Assembly: GCA_035644135.1 (NCBI GenBank)
Contig: DASQPD010000188.1
Span: 142,079 to 206,078, forward strand
Reading direction: 5' to 3'
DNA length: 64,000 nucleotides
Source of the DNA: Pyrinomonadaceae bacterium
GTDB lineage: Bacteria; Acidobacteriota; Blastocatellia; Pyrinomonadales; Pyrinomonadaceae
Positions 27,910 through 37,527 of this stretch are shown piece by piece; within the stretch, counting starts at the first letter, position 1, and the number at the start of each line of letters is the position of its first letter. The notes below the pieces were generated by a model, which saw nothing but the letters and a program-made list of their open reading frames with translations, ran no database searches and was not told the DNA's origin. Made by a program: the position numbers and the translations under genes.

Positions 27910-28878
27910 ATGAAACAACACTATCCGGCTTTTTCCGTTGTCATCCCTACTTACAACCGTGCCGCGCTGATCTTGAGAACCCTCGAAAGCGTATGGCGTC
28001 AGACATATCCTCATTACGAGATCATTGTTGTGGACAATTGCTCCACGGATAACACCCTGGAAGTGCTCGAACCCTATGTCCGCGCTCAACGACTCAGACT
28101 CATAAAACACGAAACCAATCGCGAGCGGGCGCAGTCGAGGAATACGGGCATGGCCGCGGCAACAGGTGATTATCTTACCTTCCTCGATTCTGACGACTTA
28201 ATGTACCCGACTAACCTCGAGGACGCCGCGAACTACCGGTCGGATCATCCAGAGAGCAAATGTTTTCATAACCTTTACGAGTTTGTAGATGACCAGGGAA
28301 AACTGGTGTATCGGCCGCGATTTCCGGCGGTCGAGAATCAGATCAAGGGCATTGCCAGCGGCAATTTTATGTCGTGCATTGGCGATTTTATTCATCGCGA
28401 TATCTACACCCACCATCGATTTAGTACGGATCCCGAAATCATCGGCGGCGAAGATTGGGATTTCTGGTTGCGAGTGCTTGCTATATACAAGCTGGGCCGG
28501 ATAGAAAAAATCAACAGCGGTGTTGTTCAGCATGAAGGTCGCAGTGTTAATCATCAGGACATGGCCAGCCTCGAACAGGGTTTGAAAAAGATCAAGCAAA
28601 ACATTTGCACCGATCCTGAACTGGCGGGGATCTATTCACCCTATTTGAAATTCATCGAATCGAGTTCGTTGATGTATCTGGCGACACTTGCAAATGCGGG
28701 CCAGTGCTACAAGCCTGCTCTTAGTTATCTGTACCGGGCCGCCAGGAAAAATCCCGGAGTACTCGTGACATCCAGATTTATCAGAACCTTGCAGATCGCG
28801 ATCCAGGGAATTGTGGGCCGTCAGGGCGGGCGACTACAAGATAAGGCTGAGCCGGCTCGAGCCAAGCCGCGCACCTGA
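27910..28878 (+). CDS. Family 2 glycosyltransferase
   Basis: The stretch FSVVIPTYNRAALILRTLESVWRQTYPHYEIIVVDNCSTDNT is family-typical. DxD motif is LDSDD. Confidence 0.9.
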   Translation: MKQHYPAFSVVIPTYNRAALILRTLESVWRQTYPHYEIIVVDNCSTDNTLEVLEPYVRAQRLRLIKHETNRERAQSRNTGMAAATGDYLTFLDSDDLMYPTNLEDAANYRSDHPESKCFHNLYEFVDDQGKLVYRPRFPAVENQIKGIASGNFMSCIGDFIHRDIYTHHRFSTDPEIIGGEDWDFWLRVLAIYKLGRIEKINSGVVQHEGRSVNHQDMASLEQGLKKIKQNICTDPELAGIYSPYLKFIESSSLMYLATLANAGQCYKPALSYLYRAARKNPGVLVTSRFIRTLQIAIQGIVGRQGGRLQDKAEPARAKPRT

Positions 28879-28919
28879 AACACAAGGATTGAAAACCGAG
28901 CGGCGGTACGAAACTTTTC

Positions 28920-29903
28920 ATGTTTTTAAGATTGCTCCAACTTCTGGCTTGCCCCAAGTGCCGGGGAGAACTCACCTGTGTCGGCGAGGAATTCTCCGGC
29001 GATGAGGTAATTGAGGGAAGAATGGAGTGCAACCACTGTGCATCGTCTTACCCGATCAGCTCGGGGATCCCGCGATTCGTCGAGCAGGACAATTACGCTT
29101 CATCCTTTGGATTTCAATGGAATCGGTTCAAGTCGGAACAGATCGATTCAGTCAATGGGACCAGCCTGTCCGCAAAAAGATTCTATTCGGAAACAGCCTG
29201 GACCGGTGATTGGATGAAAGGGAAGTGGATCCTGGATGTAGGATGCGGCGCGGGAAGATTTCTGGAGGTGGCTTCCCGCGAAGACTGTGAAGTCGTCGGC
29301 ATGGATCTTAGCAATGCAACTGATGCCGCCAGTGCGACATTGAAAGACCGCAAGAATGTCCATCTCGTTCAGGCCAGCATCTATGATTTGCCTTTCAAAG
29401 ACGGAGTCTTTGACGGCTGTTACTGCATTGGTGTAATCCAACACACCCCCGACCCGCATAAGTCAATGCGTGCATTGCCGCGCGTCCTGAAACATCGCGG
29501 GCGGATCGCGATTACTGCTTACGAACGTAGAAAATGGACGTTGTTGAACGCTAAATATCTTATTCGTCCCGTGACGAGAAAACTGGACAAGAAGGTCTTG
29601 TTTCTCACTATCAGAGGGTTAATGCCCCTGCTGTTTCCTGTCACAGAAATCGCTTTCCGGATACCTTATTTGAGCAAATTGTTCATGCATGCAATACCGG
29701 TTGCTAATTACGTCAATACTCCCGAATTAAAGCTGGGCCAGCGTTACAGTTGGGCGGTGATGGATACCTTTGACATGCTGGCGCCCCAGTATGATCAGCC
29801 GCAGACCGAGGAGGGCGCGAGCCGGGCGCTTATGTCGGAGGGAATCCAAAATGTGCGACGACTCAATAATCCCGGTCTCAATCTGATCGGGGAAAAGGGT
29901 TGA
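28920..29903 (+). CDS. Trm112-like zinc-ribbon fused to a class I SAM-dependent methyltransferase
   Basis: Zinc-ribbon cysteines are CPKCRGEL ... CNHCASSYPISSGIPRF. This is followed by ILDVGCGAGRF and DGVFDGCYCIGVIQH. Confidence 0.75.
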   Translation: MFLRLLQLLACPKCRGELTCVGEEFSGDEVIEGRMECNHCASSYPISSGIPRFVEQDNYASSFGFQWNRFKSEQIDSVNGTSLSAKRFYSETAWTGDWMKGKWILDVGCGAGRFLEVASREDCEVVGMDLSNATDAASATLKDRKNVHLVQASIYDLPFKDGVFDGCYCIGVIQHTPDPHKSMRALPRVLKHRGRIAITAYERRKWTLLNAKYLIRPVTRKLDKKVLFLTIRGLMPLLFPVTEIAFRIPYLSKLFMHAIPVANYVNTPELKLGQRYSWAVMDTFDMLAPQYDQPQTEEGASRALMSEGIQNVRRLNNPGLNLIGEKG

Positions 29904-29953
29904 ATTCCAGATCTGCGAGGCGCTGGTTCGTAAACCCGTCGCGCATCACTTAA

Positions 29954-31222
29954 ATGGATCGTATTGAATCAAGAGTGCTGTTCATCTCCTACAACGGTAT
30001 GCTCGATCCTCTGGGTCAAAGCCAGGTGCTGCCATATCTGCGCGTTCTCGCGGCGCAGGGAATTCGGTTCACCCTTCTCAGTTTCGAACGCCCGCCAGCT
30101 TTTACGGCGGAGGGCAAGGCGCGGCGCAACAAACTGAAACTGGAGATCGCTTCCGAAAATATCCAATGGCATGCTCTACCGTACCATCAGACGCCGTCCC
30201 TTCCCGCTACCGCTTATGATGTGTTGCAAGGTATCCGCGTCGCCAGGCATCTGATCGATCAGAACCAAATTGAGTTGGTTCATGCACGCAGCCATATTCC
30301 CGCCACGATCGCGCTGGGTCTCAAGAAGTTGTGTGGTGTCAAGATGATTTTCGATGTTAGAGGGTTGATGGCTGAAGAGTATGTTGAGGCGAACCATTGG
30401 CGAAAGGAAAGCCTGGCCTACCGGGTAACAAAGTTTATTGAACGACGTGCGCTGGCGGCTGCGGATGGAGTCGTCACGCTTACGGAAAGAATCTGGCCTG
30501 TGATCCGTGAGTGGGATGGCCTGCGGGGACGCAATGTGGTCCACGAAGTGGTGCCCTGTTGCGCCGATCTGGAAAAGTTTTGTTTTCGCGTTGACGACAG
30601 AAACAAGCGCCGAGCAGAACTGAATCTCGAAGGGCGGTTGACAATTGTCTATAGCGGTTCAATCGGCGGATGGTATCTAACACGAGAAATGGCCGACTTT
30701 TTTCTGGAGGTGCTGCGCCAGAGACCCGACGCGCATTTTCTGTGGCTAACAGCGGGCCACCCGGAGTTGATCGAGAGAATCATGAGCGATAAAGGTATCG
30801 AGGGCACCTCTTACACGGTCATGAACGTACAGTCCGCGGACATGCCCTCATATTTGTCGGCTGCCGATGCCGGGATTGCTTTCTACAAGCCCGGACCCTC
30901 CAAACTGGCTACTTCACCGGTGAAGGTTACAGAGTACCTGGCCTGTGGGCTGCCGGTGATATTGAATGAAGGCGTTGGCGATTCAGACGCCATACTGAAC
31001 CACTCGCGAGCAGGTGTGCTCGTTTCGAAATTTGAGAGCTCTGAATACGCCAGGGCCTGGAACGAAATGGAATGTCTTATCGCTGATGAGGACACTCGGG
31101 AACGAGCACGCGAGCTGGCGCAGAGTCGATTTGATTTGCATGGTGTAGGCGCGGCTCGTTATCGTCGCCTTTATGCGAGGGTTTTTGCGAGCAACGAACC
31201 GCCCGGAACCCGCAGCTCTTGA
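29954..31222 (+). CDS. Family 4 (GT-B) glycosyltransferase
   Basis: A Glyco_trans_4-like N-half. The C-half carries SGSIGGWY and the E-x7-E-type region EYLACGLPVILNEGVGD. Confidence 0.8.
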   Translation: MDRIESRVLFISYNGMLDPLGQSQVLPYLRVLAAQGIRFTLLSFERPPAFTAEGKARRNKLKLEIASENIQWHALPYHQTPSLPATAYDVLQGIRVARHLIDQNQIELVHARSHIPATIALGLKKLCGVKMIFDVRGLMAEEYVEANHWRKESLAYRVTKFIERRALAAADGVVTLTERIWPVIREWDGLRGRNVVHEVVPCCADLEKFCFRVDDRNKRRAELNLEGRLTIVYSGSIGGWYLTREMADFFLEVLRQRPDAHFLWLTAGHPELIERIMSDKGIEGTSYTVMNVQSADMPSYLSAADAGIAFYKPGPSKLATSPVKVTEYLACGLPVILNEGVGDSDAILNHSRAGVLVSKFESSEYARAWNEMECLIADEDTRERARELAQSRFDLHGVGAARYRRLYARVFASNEPPGTRSS

Positions 31223-32334
31223 AGATGAAAGTTCTCGGATTAGCTTCCTATCCGATCCAGGCCGCCGCGACCCGGTATCGCCTAGAACAGTTCGTCAAAC
31301 CTTTGGCAGGGTATGGCATCACGTTGACGGTTCGGCCGTTTCTAAGTGCGAAGCTCTTCGAACATTTCTATCAACGTAGAGCTCTGCTATCGACAGCCAT
31401 CGGTCTTCTCAGATCCACACTGATGCGCTGCACGGACCTGGGGCGACTGCGAACAGCCGATGTGGTTCTAGTGCAGCGAGAGGCGGCGATCTTTGGGCCT
31501 CCAGTCGTCGAGTGGCTGGCTGCACACGTCTTTAAACGTCCGCTGGTGCTGGATTTGGATGATGCAACTTATGTTTCTTATACTAGTCCGACATACGGTC
31601 GTCTGGGGAAGAAGCTGAAGTGGTTCAGCAAGACGGACGACTTGATCGGATGGTCCAGCATCGTAACGTGCGGGAATCGTTCGATTGCGGAATACGTAAG
31701 CGGTAAAGGAGCTGTCGCGAGAGTTATTCCGACAGTGGTTGACACAGATCTTTTTCGACCGGGGACAGCGCGAAAGGATGGACCTTTGGTGCTGGGGTGG
31801 ATCGGAACGCATTCTACCTTTCCGTACCTGGAATCGCTTTTTCCGACACTCCAGAAACTGGCGACAAAACACGACTTTAAGTTGAAGATCGTGGGATCCG
31901 GCAGAGAGCGAATTAGCGTTCCCGGAGTCAATGTAGAAAACCTTGAGTGGCGTCTCGACCGGGAGGTTGCCGACTTTCAGTCTTTTGATATCGGCTTGTA
32001 TCCAATCGATGCGAGTATGTACGCGGAAAAATGGGCGGCCGGCAAATCAGGATTCAAAGCCATTCAATACATGGCGGTTGGAATTCCCTACGTAGCGACG
32101 CCGGTGGGAGCAGCAGCCGAAATAGGAACGCCGAGCATAACTCATAGTCATGCTGTTTCGCCGGATGAGTGGTTCCTGGCCCTCGATTCATTGATAACCA
32201 ATCGCGAGCAGCGCGTGCAGATGGGCGCGGCCGGGCGACAATACGTTTGCCAAAATTATTCTCTGGCAGCGCAAGCGCGGAAGCTTGCCGAGGCGCTCAG
32301 GGAAGCGGCGGAGAAAGGAAAAGCGTCTCGATAG
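31219..32334 (+). CDS. Family 4 (GT-B) glycosyltransferase
   Basis: Overlaps the upstream stop. Motifs are LGWIGTHSTFPYL and FKAIQYMAVGIPYVATPVGA. Confidence 0.75.
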   Translation: MKMKVLGLASYPIQAAATRYRLEQFVKPLAGYGITLTVRPFLSAKLFEHFYQRRALLSTAIGLLRSTLMRCTDLGRLRTADVVLVQREAAIFGPPVVEWLAAHVFKRPLVLDLDDATYVSYTSPTYGRLGKKLKWFSKTDDLIGWSSIVTCGNRSIAEYVSGKGAVARVIPTVVDTDLFRPGTARKDGPLVLGWIGTHSTFPYLESLFPTLQKLATKHDFKLKIVGSGRERISVPGVNVENLEWRLDREVADFQSFDIGLYPIDASMYAEKWAAGKSGFKAIQYMAVGIPYVATPVGAAAEIGTPSITHSHAVSPDEWFLALDSLITNREQRVQMGAAGRQYVCQNYSLAAQARKLAEALREAAEKGKASR

Positions 32335-32338
32335 CCCG

Positions 32339-33064
32339 ATGCGCAGTACAAGCAAATCCCGGCTGTTACTATTGACATGCGTGGCAATACTGCCCTCTTT
32401 CTTGAAGCGGCCAATCTATCGGATCTTTTTTCGTTACCGCATTGGAAAGCGCGTAAGGATAGGCTTGAGTATCATCGACGCCGGGGATTGCCGGATTGAC
32501 GACGATGTGTGCATCGGCCATTTCAACGTCGTGATCGGTGTCAAGAAGCTGGTCATTGGAGATCATGTGCGGATTGGGTATTTGAACATATTGCGCGGCG
32601 GCGACGAGATCCTGATCGGGCGCTATGCGGAAATCATCCGCATGAACGAGATTAATTCGATTCCGGATCCCGACGTCGTAAATCCGACAGATCCGCGGTT
32701 CTTGCTTGGTGATGGCAGCGTGATTACAGCTGGGCACAAAATAGATTTTACCGACAGGGTGCAAATCGGCCGGCGAACAATTTTGGGCGGGCGTAACTCA
32801 TCGCTCTGGACACATAATCGGCAGCGCACCCTTCCCATTGAAATTGGGTCATTTGCTTATGTCGGGTCTGAAATTCGAATTGCACCCGGCGGAGCACTCC
32901 CTTCGCATTGCATTGTGGGCATAGGTTCAGTGATTACCAGCCAGCTCACGCAGGAGGAGTTTCTCATTGCCGGAGTTCCGGCTAAGCCCGTCAAACAGTT
33001 AACGTCCGAGGATAAATTCTTGATTCAGCGGAAAACGCGCAACGATCTACCCGACGATATTTAG
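32339..33064 (+). CDS. Hexapeptide-repeat (LbH) acyltransferase with a hydrophobic N-terminus
   Basis: The ATG at 32339 follows the upstream stop; the 32285 TTG in the track overlaps it. Hexapeptide repeats include IGKRVRIG, IDDDVCIGHFNVV, IGDHVRIGYLNIL, IGRRTILGG and IGSFAYVGSEIRIAPG. Confidence 0.8.
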   Translation: MRSTSKSRLLLLTCVAILPSFLKRPIYRIFFRYRIGKRVRIGLSIIDAGDCRIDDDVCIGHFNVVIGVKKLVIGDHVRIGYLNILRGGDEILIGRYAEIIRMNEINSIPDPDVVNPTDPRFLLGDGSVITAGHKIDFTDRVQIGRRTILGGRNSSLWTHNRQRTLPIEIGSFAYVGSEIRIAPGGALPSHCIVGIGSVITSQLTQEEFLIAGVPAKPVKQLTSEDKFLIQRKTRNDLPDDI

Positions 33065-33079
33065 GGCGCCCTAATCTTT

Positions 33080-34507
33080 ATGAATGGCCTTCTTACATTC
33101 GTAGCTCTGCTAATTTGCGGCTTGATCGTATTGGCAGTGCCGTCATTTGTCGCCCAGTTCAGCACGGACTACGGCATCGTCTCTGTTTTTGATACCGCCA
33201 AAGCAATGTTGCTTTGCACCGGTCTTGCAGCCATTGCCGGTTACGCGGCTCATAGACAGGGATCCGAGGGCCCATTTCTACTGAGGCTCTTCGTATCAGC
33301 CTTGCTTACGCGCATGCTTGTCGGCACGGGCATCTTCATTTTTAAAGCGCAGGAGTTCTTTGGCGGTGATGCTACGACATACGATCGCTATGGCTTCGCG
33401 CAACTGAAGGGTTGGGGTGGTGATCGATATTATCAAACGCTGGTGAACACGTTTGTTGGTGAGGGGCAGGGATCGGGTTGGGGAATGGTCCACATGGTGG
33501 CGGCGGTCTATGCTTTGCTCGGCCGGAATATGCTCGCGGTACAGTTTGTTAATTCCGTGCTCGGGGCAGCTACGGCAATCATCATCTTCCTCTGTGCCCA
33601 GCAGGTTTTTAACAGTGTGCGGGTCGCCCGCCTCGCGGCCATCGCCGTTGCATTTTATCCCTCACTGGTATTGTGGTCCTCACAGGGGCTCAAGGATGGA
33701 CCAATCGTTTTCTTCCTCGCCCTGGCGATCCTGGCCACTCTTAAGCTGGGAGAAAAGTTCAACCTAAAGTACATAGTGATTCTTGTCTGTTCGCTCTTTT
33801 CACTCCTGAGCTTGCGGTTTTACGTCTTCTATATGCTCACCGTGGCGATTGTCGGCGCTTTTGTTCTCGGCATGCAAAAGCTTACGGCAACTAACTTTTT
33901 GCGCCAGTTCATGATCATGGTGCTGTTGGGATTGTCGTTGACTTACCTTGGCGTTACCAGGTACGCCAATGTGCAGTTAGAGAGCTATGTCAGTCTCGAG
34001 CGCGTGCAACGAAGCCGGGCCGATGCAGCTTTGAATGCGCAATCCGGCTTCGGTAAAGATGTCGACGTCTCGACTACACAGGGGGCGCTTTCCACAATCC
34101 CGGTGGGCTTGCTCTACCTGCTTTTCGCTCCTTTTCCCTGGCAACTCACTTCGCTGCGACAGAGCATCACGTTGCCGGAAATGATAATCTGGTGGGCCTC
34201 TTTTCCGCTGCTGGTTCTGGGTCTTTGGTTTTCGATTAAGTATCGCCTGCGACAGATTTCGCCAATCCTAATCTTCACGATAATGCTTTCCCTGGCCTAC
34301 TCGGTATTCCAGGGAAATGTGGGCACTGCATATCGCCAGCGCGCACAGCTGCTGGTCTTCTACTTCATTTTCGTGGCGGTGGGTTATGTCCTGTTGCTCG
34401 AAAAGCGTGAGGAGCGACGACGGCAAGAGATGCTGCTCAAGGAACAGGCTGTTACTGCCCGGATTAGTTCAGTGGTTCCACGCGGCAACCCGGTACCTGG
34501 TGAATAA
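33080..34507 (+). CDS. Polytopic membrane protein, GT-C-like glycosyltransferase (PMT_2/ArnT-like) or Wzy-type polymerase
   Basis: Roughly 11-12 hydrophobic segments. An acidic first loop is GGDATTYDRYG. The stretch AFYPSLVLWSSQGLKDGPIVFFLALAIL resembles GT39/83-type enzymes. The assignment is by eye only. Confidence 0.45.
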   Translation: MNGLLTFVALLICGLIVLAVPSFVAQFSTDYGIVSVFDTAKAMLLCTGLAAIAGYAAHRQGSEGPFLLRLFVSALLTRMLVGTGIFIFKAQEFFGGDATTYDRYGFAQLKGWGGDRYYQTLVNTFVGEGQGSGWGMVHMVAAVYALLGRNMLAVQFVNSVLGAATAIIIFLCAQQVFNSVRVARLAAIAVAFYPSLVLWSSQGLKDGPIVFFLALAILATLKLGEKFNLKYIVILVCSLFSLLSLRFYVFYMLTVAIVGAFVLGMQKLTATNFLRQFMIMVLLGLSLTYLGVTRYANVQLESYVSLERVQRSRADAALNAQSGFGKDVDVSTTQGALSTIPVGLLYLLFAPFPWQLTSLRQSITLPEMIIWWASFPLLVLGLWFSIKYRLRQISPILIFTIMLSLAYSVFQGNVGTAYRQRAQLLVFYFIFVAVGYVLLLEKREERRRQEMLLKEQAVTARISSVVPRGNPVPGE

Positions 34508-34717
34508 AGGCCTGCGGCTTCTGCTCAAAGCAAGCCTTTGCAAATGATCCGTCACGGACCTTGCCTGGCATTCTTGACCAGACCTCGTTTTGGACAGCTG
34601 TGAGAACGTTCGTTAATATAGACCGTCCTGTTACGTCATGTTTCACAAGACAATAAAAAAGTTCAAGCCGGCTTACTGATGGACCGACCTCTGCTCGACT
34701 AGTTTAGATTATCTATC

Positions 34718-36598
34718 GTGTGTGGAATTGTAGGCATAGTTCGTAGCGACGCGAGGGCCATCGATCAGGCGCTGGTGGGACGGATGTGCGCCGCGATACG
34801 CCATCGGGGACCGGACGACGATGGATTCTATTTTGACGAATTCGCGGGCCTGGGCATGCGGCGGCTTTCGATTATCGATCTGAAGAGCGGAAAGCAACCG
34901 ATCCACAATACCGATCGCAGTGCATGGATAGTCTTCAACGGTGAGATCTACAACTATCGCGACCTGCGCAAGCAGCTCGAGAAACTGGGCCACACTTTCT
35001 ACACCAACAGCGATACCGAGGCCATTATCCACGCCTACGATCAGTACGGGGCTGACTGTCCAAAGCATTTGCGCGGCATGTTTGCCTTTGCCATTTGGGA
35101 CAGCCGTTCGCAGGAGTTGTTTTTGGCGCGAGATCGCGTTGGCAAGAAACCGCTGCTTTATGCCCAACTCAATGGACAGCTTGTTTTTGCATCGGAATTC
35201 AGCGCGCTGTTGCTTCATCCCGATATCAGCCGGGAGATCGACTACGCGGCACTGGACAAGTATTTGTCGTTCATGTGTGTGCCCGCGCCGCTAACCGCAT
35301 TTCGAGCGATCAAAAAACTTGAACCCGGGCATTCGCTGCGCTGGCGCAACGGTGAGCTCAAAATTGAACGGTACTGGCAACCTGACTTTTCACACAAGCT
35401 CGATATCAGCGAGGAAGAGGCCGGCGAGCGGGCCATCGCCATTCTGCGGGAAGCCGTTCGCGTCAGGCTGATGTCCGAGGTTCCTCTTGGCGCATTCCTT
35501 TCCGGCGGGATCGATTCGAGCACCGTGGTCGCGCTGATGAGCGAGGAATCGAGCGAGCCCGTCAAGACCTTCTCGATCGGATTTGAAGAGCAGGATTTCA
35601 GCGAACTTCATCATGCCCGCCGCGTGGCGGAACATGTCGGCGCGGATCATCACGAGTTTATTGTTCGTCCTGATGCAATGGAGGTGCTCCCTTTGCTCGT
35701 GGAGCACTATGGCGAGCCCTACGCGGACTCGTCCGCTATTCCGACTTACTATGTCGCTCGGGAGACTCGCCAACATGTGACCGTGGCCCTAAACGGCGAT
35801 GGAGGGGATGAATCGTTTGCCGGGTACGAGCGCTACGCGGCCATGCAATTGGCTGAACGTTATCACCGGCTGCCGGCTTTGCTCCGCCAGTCGATCATCG
35901 AGCAAGGCGTAGATCTATTACCGACTTCCGAAACTCAGCGCAGTCGCGTGCGGGACGCGAAACGTTTTCTCAAAGCCGCGTCCCTGCCAAAGGTCGAACG
36001 CTACTTGCGCTGGGTCAGCGTCTTCGATAACGAGCACAAGCAGGCAATCTATTCTGAAGCTTTCCGGCGCGAAACGGATGGAGCAGAGGCCGCGAGATTG
36101 CTCGAGCCATGGTTTGCTCGCGCAAATGGATCAGGGATCGTCGATGCGGCTTTGCTGGCTGACATAATGACTTACCTTCCGAACGATCTGCTGGTAAAGG
36201 TTGATATCGCCACCATGGCCGTGTCGCTTGAAGCACGGTCGCCTTTTCTGGATCATCACGTCATTGAATTTGCCGCAAGTTTGCCCGAGAAGATGAAGTT
36301 GCGCGGGCTGACAACGAAGTATCTATTGAAGCGGGTGTTACGAAGTTTGCTGCCACCCGAAAACCTTAATCGTCGAAAGATGGGATTCGGAGTGCCCATT
36401 GGCCACTGGTTTCGGGGAACGCTGCAGCCGTTCGTGCGCGAGAAACTGCTATCGGAAAAAGCCCTGCGCCGGAATCTGTTTCAACCCGAGGTGGTCAAAG
36501 ACCTCATTGACCAGCACACCGAAGCCAAGAAAGAAAACTCCGCGCAGCTGTGGACGTTGTTGATGCTCGAATTGTGGTTCGAACGGTTCATCGATTGA
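34718..36598 (+). CDS. Glutamine-hydrolysing asparagine-synthase-family amidotransferase
   Basis: GTG start followed by CGIVG (Ntn nucleophile Cys2). PP-loop FLSGGIDSS. The length of 626 aa is typical of the AsnB family. Confidence 0.9.
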   Translation: MCGIVGIVRSDARAIDQALVGRMCAAIRHRGPDDDGFYFDEFAGLGMRRLSIIDLKSGKQPIHNTDRSAWIVFNGEIYNYRDLRKQLEKLGHTFYTNSDTEAIIHAYDQYGADCPKHLRGMFAFAIWDSRSQELFLARDRVGKKPLLYAQLNGQLVFASEFSALLLHPDISREIDYAALDKYLSFMCVPAPLTAFRAIKKLEPGHSLRWRNGELKIERYWQPDFSHKLDISEEEAGERAIAILREAVRVRLMSEVPLGAFLSGGIDSSTVVALMSEESSEPVKTFSIGFEEQDFSELHHARRVAEHVGADHHEFIVRPDAMEVLPLLVEHYGEPYADSSAIPTYYVARETRQHVTVALNGDGGDESFAGYERYAAMQLAERYHRLPALLRQSIIEQGVDLLPTSETQRSRVRDAKRFLKAASLPKVERYLRWVSVFDNEHKQAIYSEAFRRETDGAEAARLLEPWFARANGSGIVDAALLADIMTYLPNDLLVKVDIATMAVSLEARSPFLDHHVIEFAASLPEKMKLRGLTTKYLLKRVLRSLLPPENLNRRKMGFGVPIGHWFRGTLQPFVREKLLSEKALRRNLFQPEVVKDLIDQHTEAKKENSAQLWTLLMLELWFERFID

Positions 36599-36697
36599 TT
36601 TTCCTGCTCAGTCTGTTTCTTTTATTTTAGTGGGCGATCCGGAATGAATGAGGCCGCTGGATTGACTCAGACATCTGATACTTAAGGAGGCTCCCGA

Positions 36698-37462
36698 GTG
36701 AAAGGCGTCGTATTGGCAGGCGGATTAGGGACGCGGTTGCGCCCGTTAACTGCGGTTACCAATAAGCACCTGCTACCCGTTTATGACCAACCAATGATCT
36801 ACTATCCCATTCAAACGCTCGTGAATGCCGGGATCACCGACATCATGATCGTTACCGGCGGCAATTCAGCCGGCGATTTCCTGAAGTTGTTAGGGAACGG
36901 CAAAGCATTCGGACTCAAACATCTGAACTACACTTACCAGGAAGGCGAGGGCGGGATCGCGGAAGCGCTCTCCCTGGTCGAACATTTTTCCGCCGGCGAT
37001 CCCGTCTGTGTCGTGCTGGGCGATAACATAATTGAGGGGAACATTCACACCGCCGCGCGTGCTTACCGCCATCAGGGAGGCGGGGCAAAAATAATTCTTA
37101 AAAGGGTGCCCGACCCGCAGCGTTTCGGTGTTCCCGAACTCGACGGCAAGAATGTGCTGCGCATTGAAGAGAAACCTGAACAGCCAAAATCGGATTATGC
37201 CGTGATCGGGATCTATATGTACGACGGCGAGGTCTACGACATCATCCGCACGCTCAAGCCTTCAGGTAGAGGAGAACTCGAGATCACGGATGTCAACAAT
37301 GCCTACATCGAGCGAGGCGAGATGACCTGGGAGGAACTCCAGGGCTGGTGGACCGACGCTGGAACGTTCGAAAGCCTGCAGCACGCTTCTAATCTGGTGG
37401 CGAAGACCGGAGCAAATAAACTAAATCTAGACGATGCAAGCGAGGTTAGAGCGAATGCCTGA
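36698..37462 (+). CDS. rmlA: Glucose-1-phosphate thymidylyltransferase-like nucleotidyltransferase (short RmlA form)
   Basis: SD aaggagg upstream and a GTG start. N-terminus MKGVVLAGGLGTRLRPLT..NKHLLPVYDQPMIYYPIQTLVNAGI. Also GIAEAL and LGDNI. Confidence 0.8.
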   Translation: MKGVVLAGGLGTRLRPLTAVTNKHLLPVYDQPMIYYPIQTLVNAGITDIMIVTGGNSAGDFLKLLGNGKAFGLKHLNYTYQEGEGGIAEALSLVEHFSAGDPVCVVLGDNIIEGNIHTAARAYRHQGGGAKIILKRVPDPQRFGVPELDGKNVLRIEEKPEQPKSDYAVIGIYMYDGEVYDIIRTLKPSGRGELEITDVNNAYIERGEMTWEELQGWWTDAGTFESLQHASNLVAKTGANKLNLDDASEVRANA

Positions 37463-37527
37463 ACAATTCAGGATCGCAGGTTGACCAGGCGGATTACTTC
37501 TGTTTTATCAGTCGGTGAACACCGGCA

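Noticed and set aside
34718-36598. The asparagine-synthase homologue as a possible lasso-peptide cyclase or RiPP enzyme.
   Set aside because: The intact Cys2 glutaminase nucleophile and full AsnB length argue for a true amidotransferase. There is no adjacent precursor peptide, transglutaminase-like protease or ABC exporter.
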